IMG/VR virus record: IMGVR_UViG_3300033802_000463
Span: 64,001-128,000 of that record
DNA length: 64,000 nt
Source: a virus
Direction: 5' to 3' (one strand)
A model generated the notes under the pieces. It saw nothing but the letters and a program-made list of their open reading frames with translations. It searched no databases and was not told where the DNA came from. Position numbers and translations under genes: made by a program. Below are positions 31,027 to 40,480 of the stretch, piece after piece. Each line of letters starts with the position of its first letter. Positions within the stretch are counted from its first letter, which is position 1.

Positions 31027-33225
31027 TCAATCATGGCGCCCAATCTCCTTTTCATCTGATAAAGCTTCATCCGAATGGATCGTCAGATCGCACTCGCAGT
31101 TTGTATGAAACGGCGGAATCTGATGAAACAGGATGGCTTCATCAATTTTGCCGGGATTGGATATATCAATCGGGATCTTCGATTTTTCGTGACAATGCAT
31201 GCATTCGCTTGCGGAAGCCTTCGGATATAACGTGGTTTCCCCGTAACGAATCATTGCCAGTGCATACCCGTAATGATGGGTCTTCATCAAAATCGATTTG
31301 GAGATCGATGCAAGCCGATGCCTGATCGACTGGAACGCGCCTTTCACAGCCAATATGGAATCAAGGAGATTATCTGTTCCTTCAAGTCGCTTAACCAGAA
31401 GTTCATGAAGGTTTTTTTCGATGAGATCAATCGAGTTCATCGCTGATTCGTTAATCAAACGCAGTGCCATCGAAGCATCGATCGCTGCGAGCTTTGTTCG
31501 TCTCGCATCTTCCATTGCCCGATGAACGCCAGTTTGCAAGATGGAATATGCTTCTTTTTGGATCAGCTGCTTCATGCGATCTTTTCCGAAGTAGATCGAA
31601 GATACCATTTGCTTCACGTTGTGAAGCGGGAACGCTTTTCGTTCACTGTAGCGTTTAAGCTCTTGAATCACATCGGTTTCCATTTGCTGATAGATGGATT
31701 CCAATGCGTTGGTCAGATCAGTGATACTCTGCCTTGGAATCTTATCCAAGGCGGATTCTTTGAGACTTTCAAGAACAATCGATTCTGTACTTCGTTTTGG
31801 ACCTGATCGCTTGCCATGCTGATTCTCTGGCTGCTGCTTGTTATTGGTTTCACTATTTCCGGCTTCGGTAGTTTTGGCGCCGGCCAGAAGCTTTGGAATC
31901 TCGATCATATTCAGATATAGGCGAGATTCATCGACTACCGGTTCCATCGACATGTTCTTGCGTGTTTCTTCGAAGGTCTGAATATTGTGCTCGAACTTGT
32001 AAATTTCGTGTGTATCGAGCTTGATCCGCATTTCAGCTTCGATCTCGTTGAACACGAAGTTAACTGCGAAATCAGGATTGACAACTGGATCAAATCCGCC
32101 TTCGATCAACAGCTCATCAATGATGAGGTTTGTAATTTGATATTGAAGAGCTTGCTGCCATCCTTTTACCCGGTCGGCTTTGATGCCGGTCATAGCATCT
32201 GCCGTGTTTCGGTTTGCGGTATCCCCGCGGCCCATGTCCACAGAAGACATGCCCATTCCGGTAAAGACCCGCTGCTCGAAATAATCAAGATACGGCTTAC
32301 CGTCAATTGCAGTGAGCTTGACCGCCTCAATCTTATGGCGCTCCGGCAAGAGAATGGCGCCATCGGTTGGCATATCCTCAATCACGGATCGAAGCTGTTC
32401 AAGCTCTGTATCAGTTGCCTCATATCCAGGCTTATCAATACCGACCGTGTAAGCCAAAAGCGGAAAAATATGTCGATACAGCAATAACGCGGCATTTTCT
32501 TCTATCTTTCGCAGAAGTCGTACATCATCAAGCACGGGAGCCAGCCACGGGAGCCCAAACGCCTCACCGGACGGCACATTGACTTTGATATGAACGACAT
32601 CTTCAGGCCTGAATGTCAGTTTGGTTTGCTGGCCAGGCACCTCCTGTTGATAGGAGAGAACCGTACCGTTTGCATCTCTGGCAATCTGAATCGTAGATGG
32701 CGGTAACAAAAAGTACCCGGCAATCGGATCTTTGGCCGGCGGCACTGCCGTTACAGAAATCCCCGGCATGAGCCCTTTTCCGCCTTTGGCCCTTGCTTTT
32801 ACAATAAAGGCGTTCGAATATCGGACCACATCTCGTGCAATTCCATGCCACAATTCTTCCGTTTGAACCCCTGTCGCAATGGCCATAGCTTCCAGGCGAA
32901 GCCTTAAATATTCAAGGGCTTGGTCGTTTTTCGCCTGATAAGAATATCCGGACTTAAAGATCAATTCTTCATATTTCATAACCCCTTGCATGATATAACT
33001 ATCACGCTCGATAGCGGTTTGAATAACCGAAAAATCAACCTTTGGCCCTTCAAAATTGTCTCGTCCGCTGCCTCCGCCTTGCGAGTTGGAGATTTGATAG
33101 CCAACTCGCTTGACGCCGATCGCTTTCGGGTCACGCTGGATGGCTCCTCCGCCGCCGCCTTTTTTGGGAGCGGGTGCATTTTTGAAGCCAAATTTTGATA
33201 TGAAGCGATCGAACAATTTAGCCAA
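31027..33225 (-). CDS. Portal protein with C-terminal MuF-like domain
   Basis: RDVVRYSNAFIVK...FRPEDVVHIK...AFGLPWLAP portal motifs; C-terminal CMHC...IPPFHTNCEC. TTG start chosen from the RBS. Confidence 0.75.
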   Translation of the reverse strand: MAKLFDRFISKFGFKNAPAPKKGGGGGAIQRDPKAIGVKRVGYQISNSQGGGSGRDNFEGPKVDFSVIQTAIERDSYIMQGVMKYEELIFKSGYSYQAKNDQALEYLRLRLEAMAIATGVQTEELWHGIARDVVRYSNAFIVKARAKGGKGLMPGISVTAVPPAKDPIAGYFLLPPSTIQIARDANGTVLSYQQEVPGQQTKLTFRPEDVVHIKVNVPSGEAFGLPWLAPVLDDVRLLRKIEENAALLLYRHIFPLLAYTVGIDKPGYEATDTELEQLRSVIEDMPTDGAILLPERHKIEAVKLTAIDGKPYLDYFEQRVFTGMGMSSVDMGRGDTANRNTADAMTGIKADRVKGWQQALQYQITNLIIDELLIEGGFDPVVNPDFAVNFVFNEIEAEMRIKLDTHEIYKFEHNIQTFEETRKNMSMEPVVDESRLYLNMIEIPKLLAGAKTTEAGNSETNNKQQPENQHGKRSGPKRSTESIVLESLKESALDKIPRQSITDLTNALESIYQQMETDVIQELKRYSERKAFPLHNVKQMVSSIYFGKDRMKQLIQKEAYSILQTGVHRAMEDARRTKLAAIDASMALRLINESAMNSIDLIEKNLHELLVKRLEGTDNLLDSILAVKGAFQSIRHRLASISKSILMKTHHYGYALAMIRYGETTLYPKASASECMHCHEKSKIPIDISNPGKIDEAILFHQIPPFHTNCECDLTIHSDEALSDEKEIGRHD

Positions 33226-33307
33226 ATGCTCTCCCCCTTCCCCAATTTGGCGCATAGATATGTCTTCATCAATTATAAACCGAAATTGTAAAGCATTACA
33301 CTTTTAA

Positions 33308-34552
33308 TCAGGCATCGTATCCGTGATCTGATACATACTCGTCAACCCATTCTGCCGTGATTGCATTCGCATCTTGCAAATCCTCTATTATTCTAAAAAA
33401 TTGTCGGATTTGCTCTTTCTTCTGGATCATCATGATCTGCTTTTCATAAAAAAACGACTCTTGTTGGTAAAATTTCAGCATATCGATTACGCTGGAATCG
33501 TATTTTTCTTGATTCTTTTGAATCGAATCGACCAGGATGCTGGCAAATGAATCGAAAGCAGGGCTTCCTTCTGTTTGATTGTACAGCCAGGTGGTGATCG
33601 AATGCGTGCTTTCTGTTTTCACTTTCTGATGAAACCACTGCTGGCGATTCACAAATTGCTCCATCTGATCATCAATCATGACAAACTGCGCCTTGCTGGC
33701 TTGATGTGTTTGCTTGATATCCGCAAAACTAAGCATCAAATGGGCTTTTGCCGATCCAAGATCACTGAGCGTGGACAGCCGCAGCACAAACTCCTTCATC
33801 CCGGACGGCATCACCACCTGCGGGGCTTGTACCAACATGCGAATAGTGTTCAAGATGCCGGCAAACATGACGGTCCGATTTCGATGTACATAAGCAGTGT
33901 CCGCCAGTGTCGTATGGAAGCTTTCCATATGACGCTTATTGATTTCGGTCGCAAGCAATGCTTTTTCTATAGCCGCAACCGCTGCGCTGTACTCTTCCGA
34001 ATCGTCTTCATGCCCAAAAGAGGATTTCAGCTGGTCTGATAGCATAATGAACTGCTGCTCCAGATCAATCCAGTTATCAATGCTTTGGTATTCCGCCTCA
34101 GTGATCTCTTTGCTGTCGGTTCGATCCGTGATCTGTGTTCGAAAATGTTCATCGACAAACGAGCGGCGCAGCTCGCATGACTTCTTCATGCGATAAAGAA
34201 TGGTGTAAATCTCCATGTCGCCCGATCCTCGAATCCCGCTAAACGCTTCTTCATCGTCGATGATGTCTTTGTAGGATCCGGCCTGCAAATGTTGCAGGTA
34301 TGAAGCAAATGCCTCTGTCTGGTTGCGCTTCTCAATGATAGCCATCAGCGCTTCAATTTCTTGGATCAGCTGATCATAATCCATTAAGGTTCGGGCGATC
34401 GTAAAGTCTCTGGAGCGCTCAATTTTCTGAATGATCTTGGGATCGATTCGCATATCATGACGATTTTTCTGAGGCTTCAGCTCTGGCCGGTATTCGATCT
34501 TTTCTCGTTCATATGGCGTATCAATCCCTTGTTTTCCGTATAGATCCTCCAA
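33308..34552 (-). CDS. Hypothetical helical protein between terL and portal
   Basis: RBS GGAGTG before TTG 34552. The longer track start overlaps a structured non-coding region. Confidence 0.6.
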   Translation of the reverse strand: MEDLYGKQGIDTPYEREKIEYRPELKPQKNRHDMRIDPKIIQKIERSRDFTIARTLMDYDQLIQEIEALMAIIEKRNQTEAFASYLQHLQAGSYKDIIDDEEAFSGIRGSGDMEIYTILYRMKKSCELRRSFVDEHFRTQITDRTDSKEITEAEYQSIDNWIDLEQQFIMLSDQLKSSFGHEDDSEEYSAAVAAIEKALLATEINKRHMESFHTTLADTAYVHRNRTVMFAGILNTIRMLVQAPQVVMPSGMKEFVLRLSTLSDLGSAKAHLMLSFADIKQTHQASKAQFVMIDDQMEQFVNRQQWFHQKVKTESTHSITTWLYNQTEGSPAFDSFASILVDSIQKNQEKYDSSVIDMLKFYQQESFFYEKQIMMIQKKEQIRQFFRIIEDLQDANAITAEWVDEYVSDHGYDA

Positions 34553-34580
34553 AGCAATCACTCCAGTACACGTATGTAAA

Positions 34581-34760
34581 GCGCGGTGTTTCCACCGCGC
34601 CCCCAGGGAAGGAGAGATGAAGATGAGCCTTGCCACAAGAAAGGATACAGGGGATGATTTGCCTTCCACCTATTCGGGCCCGGCAACCGAACAGGGTCAA
34701 CGCATTACTTCAGGCGTTCCAATCCTTTCTTTTGGCGGGTATTCGGATTTCATGGAAGAA
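34581..34760 (-). ncRNA. Candidate structured ncRNA
   Basis: Closing stem GCCAAAAGAAAGGAT/ATCCTTTCTTGTGGC encloses two hairpins, followed by GCGCGGTG-GAAA-CACCGCGC-TTT. Confidence 0.4.
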
Positions 34761-34805
34761 ATCACCATTTCGATTTCCAGTAGTTTGTTTCGCTATTTGA
34801 TCATA

Positions 34806-34997
34806 CTACGCCATAAAGTATCCTTGTTTCTGTACTGTTTCCCACTCTTTTTCTCCAAACCATCGAGTATATTCACGTTCGTTTCCGTAACAATTTGCGA
34901 TTAAAGTAACTTCTACATATGAATGCTTCATCCAATCCACTTGTTTTACAGGTCTGACACTTATCACGCGCTTAATGTAATGTTTAAGCAAGTTCAC
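34806..34997 (-). CDS. Small hypothetical protein
   Basis: 63 aa; RBS AAGGAGTG. Confidence 0.5.
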   Translation of the reverse strand: MNLLKHYIKRVISVRPVKQVDWMKHSYVEVTLIANCYGNEREYTRWFGEKEWETVQKQGYFMA

Positions 34998-35045
34998 AGG
35001 TTCACTCCTTCCGCCAATTGGTTAAGTTAAATAAACTTAACTAAA

Positions 35046-35843
35046 CTAGAATTTAGCACGAGTCGGCTTGTACCGCGTATTGCCGCGCCCCCAAGGCGAC
35101 GCTGCTGCAGCGCGCTTGGAATAACCAAGCGGAACCTTATTCCAATGCCATGCCGGATTGTCTTTTGGCTCTCTTTCTCTCGTTTTTTGCTGCGGCTTAA
35201 ACACATCGCGTGCGCCGCCAAATACTTTTTCGGCAATTTTTTCTTCCGTTTTGCTTTTGATTGGAATGGTTTTACGAGCCACTTTGACTTCTTCCAGAAT
35301 CTTTGTGATGTCCGGAAACTCCAGCGTAAATCCAAGAATGGTAAGCATGAAGGCATCAAGCGCGTGCTCGTTTTCAGATGTGTAAATTGGTCGCCCGTTT
35401 TGTGTGATTTTGACGACCTGATAATCCATCATTTGCTTCCAGATCATCTCATCGAAAGGCGAGAGCAGGATTTGATCCCGATCCAACAAAATGGAAGTCT
35501 GATTCACCATGAACGGTTTGACATCTTTCATGTCCACTTCCCGGGTTCCAGGGTCGCGAATTTCAATCTTTGAACCAAAGTGAATGCCTTTGACCTTTCG
35601 ATCCAGTCCTGATCTTGGATTTTCCCGGCCGTGCAGCCGCAGCATTTCAATCTGATATTCACCGAAACCGCGGTCAATGTAAATGAATTTTGGATCATAA
35701 ATCTCGTTTAATTCGATGATCTTTTTCACTGCGTTGTCCAGCGTAAATTCGCCGCGCGTGATCTCTGCGCGCATACAAACTCTGAACTTTTTGTAAAGCT
35801 CATCAAATTCAGTCACAACAATTTGAGTGGCTGCACCATATTT
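35046..35843 (-). CDS. terL: Terminase large subunit, exon 2 (nuclease domain)
   Basis: KYGAATQIVV...IYIDRGFG...EHALDAF; in frame after the intron's terminal G. Confidence 0.85.
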   Translation of the reverse strand, partial: KYGAATQIVVTEFDELYKKFRVCMRAEITRGEFTLDNAVKKIIELNEIYDPKFIYIDRGFGEYQIEMLRLHGRENPRSGLDRKVKGIHFGSKIEIRDPGTREVDMKDVKPFMVNQTSILLDRDQILLSPFDEMIWKQMMDYQVVKITQNGRPIYTSENEHALDAFMLTILGFTLEFPDITKILEEVKVARKTIPIKSKTEEKIAEKVFGGARDVFKPQQKTREREPKDNPAWHWNKVPLGYSKRAAAASPWGRGNTRYKPTRAKF

Positions 35844-36791
35844 CAGTTGTGTTACGTCCCACCCGCTTCCGATAGGACTCTGCATGTTTCCATGCAGCTC
35901 AGACTATATCATCACCCTCTTTTGAGGGGCCGGGCGCTTCGAGCTCGCTTGAACCCTACTCCCTTGCGGGATAGTCGTTGCACCTTCCTGCCTTCTGGCA
36001 GGCTTGGCTCAGGATTGCCCTCGTCTTTACGTTAGGGGTTTCCCTGAGTTCACCCGGTTTTATTCGACGGGATTACTCCCGAAGGGGACTTAAATTGTTA
36101 ACATATCGCTCGAACTTTTCGAGCTTTCGGTGAAGATAGATTGTTGATCCATCGTACAAATACCGATGCATTTTCTCAACATTCTCTCTGGAATGAATGC
36201 TTAACATCCATGCTTGGCTTTTCACGTTTTGATCCATTGCTTTCTCGGATAATGAAACCCCAGCTTCTGTCTCTAACGTATTAGCCAATTTTTCAAGAAA
36301 CTTCTTGCCGCCAATAAAATCAATTCTTGCTCTGTTGCCATAGAGCTTGATGCTACCATCACCATCGAAGAACCCTCGAACATAGTGTCTCATCAAGCCA
36401 CCATGAAGATCAGGAAAATGATCATTGAGTGTTTTCTGAGGCACGATTCCTTGGTGCATCAAAGCCTCACAGAATGGCTTAGAATTGATTTTAACTGTGC
36501 AGCTCGTGTATTCTTTTCCGTTTGCTCTAATGAGCTTGTCGGACACCTTATAGGTTGAATCCACGGCTTCGTTGAATTTTATCAAATGATCTTTATCCTT
36601 ACCAGATAAATTCATTTGAAAGCGGTAGGTGGTTTCCTGGATGTAAATGCATCCATCTGCCTGAATGAATCCCAGCCAATATGCTTTTGCCTCAGAATCA
36701 ATCGCTTTGAAGTAATCTTCATTCACATGATTTCTTCTGGCATTTGCATTATAGCCTCGACCCATTCGTTTCACCTCTATGCCACTTTTCT
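35844..36791 (-). mobile_element. Group I intron in terL
   Basis: P GAACTCAGGGAAACC, Q AATCCTGAGC, R GTGCAACGACTA, S GATGATATAGTCT. Exon 1 ends in U (GGGAU) and pairs with IGS GUCCC; the intron ends in G. Splicing restores IIGVDWD|KYG. Confidence 0.92.
36073..36765 (-). CDS. Intron-encoded LAGLIDADG homing endonuclease
   Basis: Two motifs YWLGFIQADGC and YVRGFFDGDGS; own RBS GAGGTG. Confidence 0.9.
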   Translation of the reverse strand: MGRGYNANARRNHVNEDYFKAIDSEAKAYWLGFIQADGCIYIQETTYRFQMNLSGKDKDHLIKFNEAVDSTYKVSDKLIRANGKEYTSCTVKINSKPFCEALMHQGIVPQKTLNDHFPDLHGGLMRHYVRGFFDGDGSIKLYGNRARIDFIGGKKFLEKLANTLETEAGVSLSEKAMDQNVKSQAWMLSIHSRENVEKMHRYLYDGSTIYLHRKLEKFERYVNNLSPLRE

Positions 36792-37748
36792 ATCCCAGTC
36801 TACCCCGATAATGCGATAAGCTGGAGGTGCGGGCTTATTTTTAGTATAAGGCCCAAAGTACACAATGTCATCCAGATTTATCCCTTGATTGCTGTACTGT
36901 TCCTTCTCCCACTCATTTAATTCACGATAAGAATACAAGTATTGCGATTTTGCTCGCTCTACCGCGGATTTATTGAAAACTCCAACCGTCTCTTCACCAA
37001 ATTCAGCCAACACCTCATGAATGTAGGCCTGTTCGGTCATTGTCGCACGCAGCTCGCCTTCGAACTTGGGATCCCAGTCAGGGTTTACCATCGAAGGAAA
37101 GTAGTATGATTTATAGCCGGTTTTCGGATTTGTGCAGATCTCATAGAAGAAGTCGCGTTTTCCTGTCGGCGTGGACGAACACCATATGCCGATCCGCTTC
37201 GGATCTTCGTTGGCGATCGCCGTTGTGGCGTCAATACCATTCCGATCCATATAGTCGCATTCATCAAGAAACAACCAATCTGCCCGCTGACCGCGGATGG
37301 AAGCGCCAGCATTACCGCTGGTTGCGCCGACCGTGAACCCCATGATCGTGGAACCATTCGCAAACTGAATGATGAAAGGATTCTTGGTTCTCGACACCTG
37401 GGAGCTCAGCAGCTCTTCGCAGCCATCGATCATTTCAGCAAGACGCATGAAGATCAAGCGAACTTGGTTTTCATATGGGGCCGCAATGATAAGCCTTGCA
37501 TTTTCGTGATGGAACGCATACCAGAGACAGAATACGACCATGGTTTCCGTCTTTCCTACCCGCCGCCCCATACGAACAGCAAGACGCCTTACACCCTTCA
37601 TGATGTCTCGAATGAGCTTCTTTTGATACCATCTGGCTTTCCATGGATTTCCCTTTGGGTCTTTCAGTTTCCAATAGGCCCACTTTACAGGGTCAGAACG
37701 TATTTCCAGTTCAAGTTTTTCAAGATCCTGTTCCTGGATTGCATTCAT
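36792..37748 (-). CDS. terL: Terminase large subunit, exon 1 (ATPase domain)
   Basis: RMGRRVGKT Walker A, RGQRADWLFLDE Walker B, SSTP motif III, ends IIGVDWD. Confidence 0.9.
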
Positions 37749-37760
37749 AAATGCTCACCG

Positions 37761-38132
37761 TCATCGCAGGACTCGGCCAGTTGAAGACTGCTTCACTCCG
37801 TCTGATGCGCCTCCGCCTATCGTGACCGTTCCAAGTTCATTTCTGATTACGGTAGCGCCAGCGTCTCCCCCGGCTTGCGACGCTTTCCATTTCCGATGTG
37901 CCTCCCGCAAAGCATCCCAATCTTTATCACTGGCTGCGACCTGTGATGCCCGGCTTGCGACGCTTTCGCCAATTGCTTGAGCCCGCTGCGCGGTTCTGCT
38001 AAAGAGCCCTTTGATTGCGTGGCGGTTTCGATACCCAAGGAAGCCGGCACCGGCTACCGCGGCCATTCCGAAGATGCCGCTCCACGAAATTCCTTGATCT
38101 GCTGATTGATACGGTTGATTACTTTGAAGCAT
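37761..38132 (-). CDS. Small Gly/Ala-rich protein with hydrophobic segment
   Basis: RBS GGAGG; GIFGMAAVAGAGFLG. Confidence 0.55.
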   Translation of the reverse strand: MLQSNQPYQSADQGISWSGIFGMAAVAGAGFLGYRNRHAIKGLFSRTAQRAQAIGESVASRASQVAASDKDWDALREAHRKWKASQAGGDAGATVIRNELGTVTIGGGASDGVKQSSTGRVLR

Positions 38133-38165
38133 TGGACCTCATCCTCCTTTTGTCTTGGCTACGAA

Positions 38166-38603
38166 TCAATAAGGCTTTGCGGCGCCGCGGGCGTGATTAG
38201 CCATGATCGCGGAAGCGTTCTGTCGAGCACTCATGACATTGCTAAGCCCCATTTGCTTCATGTATTGTTGACCTTCGTTTTGTGTGAATCCGCCGCTAAA
38301 GCCAATGCTCTTGGCGCCGATTCCTGATTTCATCTGATCAAAGCTTCTGGCGACTTCGGGGGCTACTTGAAGGGCTGCCAAACCAAGCATCGTGGCAAAT
38401 CCGCCAGGCACCATATTCCACAATGCGTTGGTGACCAACGCCTTGCCAATCGCCACCGGCGCTGATTTTCCCTCTCTCATGCTCATGTATGCATCTATCC
38501 CGATGAAGCCATAGCCGGCTATGCTGCCGATGGATTTCATGATGCCGCCTTTCGCGGTAGCAGGAATCGGATTTTGAGTGTTGGCATTCGGGTTTTTTGC
38601 CAT
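38166..38603 (-). CDS. Small Gly/Ala-rich protein
   Basis: RBS GGAGG; amphipathic Gly/Ala-rich sequence. Confidence 0.6.
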   Translation of the reverse strand: MAKNPNANTQNPIPATAKGGIMKSIGSIAGYGFIGIDAYMSMREGKSAPVAIGKALVTNALWNMVPGGFATMLGLAALQVAPEVARSFDQMKSGIGAKSIGFSGGFTQNEGQQYMKQMGLSNVMSARQNASAIMANHARGAAKPY

Positions 38604-38609
38604 GACTCA

Positions 38610-38978
38610 TCATCCTCCATGCCTTAAATTATGAAGTGCAAAAACCAGATCTCCGGAAGCGACTACTGGATCGAAGGATTCTACTCTTTGACCACTGCTT
38701 TCGCCGCGCCTTTGATATGCGGCCGGATACATTACGCCGTCTGCTGTCGTTTGCGGCAGCGCATAAATATTCGGATCCAGATTATAAACCAGAGCTGTGT
38801 CACGATGATATTGGTTCTTCTGAGAGATCCCAGTGCCAACCGCATAGGCGCTGATCCCCGTAAACGCGATTGCTTTTCCTTTTCCGGATAAACCAATCCC
38901 GGTCCACAGATTGTTTACGTTTCTTGGATTTCCTGTCTCGAACAAACTACGTATGAATTTCCCGTTAAATCTCGCCAT
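38610..38978 (-). CDS. Small hypothetical protein
   Basis: Ends ASGDLVFALHNLRHGG; in operon. Confidence 0.6.
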   Translation of the reverse strand: MARFNGKFIRSLFETGNPRNVNNLWTGIGLSGKGKAIAFTGISAYAVGTGISQKNQYHRDTALVYNLDPNIYALPQTTADGVMYPAAYQRRGESSGQRVESFDPVVASGDLVFALHNLRHGG

Positions 38979-38992
38979 CTGAATCCACCGCC

Positions 38993-39337
38993 TTAAATGA
39001 GCGGCAAGCCGACTAAATCCCGTCGCCCTGATGCATTTCTAGTAACGCTGCCTCCGGATGCAACCCTTCCGACCGCATCCAAGACAGCATATCCGCCCAG
39101 TCCAACTGCCGCTACACGGCCCATGCTAAAGCTTCCTGGACCATAAGTGAACTCGTCGGCTGTCCCATTGCGCACCGCAGCGCGATAAGCCGCTTTGGCT
39201 TTTTCATTGCGCAAAATGTACGTCAGGTTGTTGAACGAAGCATCTCCGCGCCAAGTTCGTTGCGCATCCAGAGCAAAACGCTTGGCGCTTCTTGAAATTC
39301 CATTCCAAGCATTCAGGGCAATGTTTGCTTTTGTCAT
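38993..39337 (-). CDS. Small Gly/Ala-rich basic protein
   Basis: RBS GGAAGG; in operon. Confidence 0.55.
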   Translation of the reverse strand: MTKANIALNAWNGISRSAKRFALDAQRTWRGDASFNNLTYILRNEKAKAAYRAAVRNGTADEFTYGPGSFSMGRVAAVGLGGYAVLDAVGRVASGGSVTRNASGRRDLVGLPLI

Positions 39338-39377
39338 TTCAATCCTTCCTTTCCGTGTGGTGTGGTTTTATGAGAAC

Positions 39378-40121
39378 TTATTCGGTCTCATCCAATCCAA
39401 TCGGTTCCACATCAATGATCGTATTATTGCTTTGAGCCATTCGACGGTAATACGCCTCTTCAGCTTCTTGTTCCTCTTCTTCCAATTTTTTAAGATCGTT
39501 TTGCAGCTTGAGCATTTCTGCTGCCCGCTGAGAGGCATCCAGCACAAAGGTTGTCTTGCTGCCTTCCCGATCCTTCCGTGTGCTGTTTAAGAGCTGAAGC
39601 GTTTTGTGTTTCGAAGCCAGAAGCTTTTGTTTGTATTCAACGGCCGGATGGAGTTCGGATCGGGTAAGAGCGTCCCCGTCTTCTGTAACGCTAACGGTAT
39701 TCTCAATAATAAAGTCAGCATCAATGGCCATTTTATTATCACAACGGAGAATCTGGATATCCAGATCTACAACCTCTTTCACCATAATCAAATCCACCGT
39801 GCTGTTCGGATCATCCCGATCAATCTTCAGCGCCGTGATATACCGGTCAAACAAGTCTTCGATCGCTGCAATTTCAATCGGACATTTTTCCCCGTGCGGC
39901 GCCAGCTGCATTTGAAACAGTTGACAAGAATCTTTATAAGGACAGCCATTGGATTTGCATATAATCGGAACGCTGGCATAAAGGCCGTGCTTTGTATTGC
40001 GCAATCGTTTGGCCACTTCAATGGCCTGAACCGCATTCGGGTTTTGCGTCCATGCGGTTGGGTTCAGATTTTGGGACACCACAAGCTTTCCCGCTTCTGT
40101 TTTCGGCCCTGTTCTGCTCAT
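39378..40121 (-). CDS. Putative terminase small subunit/DNA-packaging protein
   Basis: TGPKTEAGK...KHGLYA, Cys cluster, ELHPAV; first gene of the packaging operon. Confidence 0.45.
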   Translation of the reverse strand: MSRTGPKTEAGKLVVSQNLNPTAWTQNPNAVQAIEVAKRLRNTKHGLYASVPIICKSNGCPYKDSCQLFQMQLAPHGEKCPIEIAAIEDLFDRYITALKIDRDDPNSTVDLIMVKEVVDLDIQILRCDNKMAIDADFIIENTVSVTEDGDALTRSELHPAVEYKQKLLASKHKTLQLLNSTRKDREGSKTTFVLDASQRAAEMLKLQNDLKKLEEEEQEAEEAYYRRMAQSNNTIIDVEPIGLDETE

Positions 40122-40303
40122 CGGTCATCCTCCCTCCAAAAGCAATAAGAGGTAGCACCATGCCCCCTCTATGTCCGAATCGGTGCTTTATAGGCGGTCT
40201 ACCCCTTATAAATTATTGTACATATTATTGAGACTGTACCCGAATGCAATCAAAGATGATCACAAAAAAGGAGCCACATCTAGGAGCTCCAATGAATCAT
40301 ATC

Positions 40304-40480
40304 TTATCCGGTTTCGTTGTTTTTCTTTACATTCCTGAAATTACCTCTTAATTTTTCGTCTGCCTCAAGTCCAAGAAGCATAAGCCGTCTTGCCTCGTGG
40401 GCTTGATCGCCTTTTGCGATGGGTTTGAAATGATCTCTTAACTTACTGTCTGATTCGCGCAATGTAACCTGAAGTCTCAT
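40304..40480 (-). CDS. ParR-like ribbon-helix-helix adaptor (58 aa, below track cut-off)
   Basis: Hand-translated MRLQVTLRESDSKLRDHFKPIAKGDQAHEARRLMLLGL...; ATGA overlap with the parM stop. Confidence 0.6.
   Translation of the reverse strand: MRLQVTLRESDSKLRDHFKPIAKGDQAHEARRLMLLGLEADEKLRGNFRNVKKNNETG

Noticed and set aside
34640-34720. HDV-like ribozyme suggested by GG...GGCAAA on the minus strand
   Set aside because: P1/P2 order and P3-L3 do not fit.
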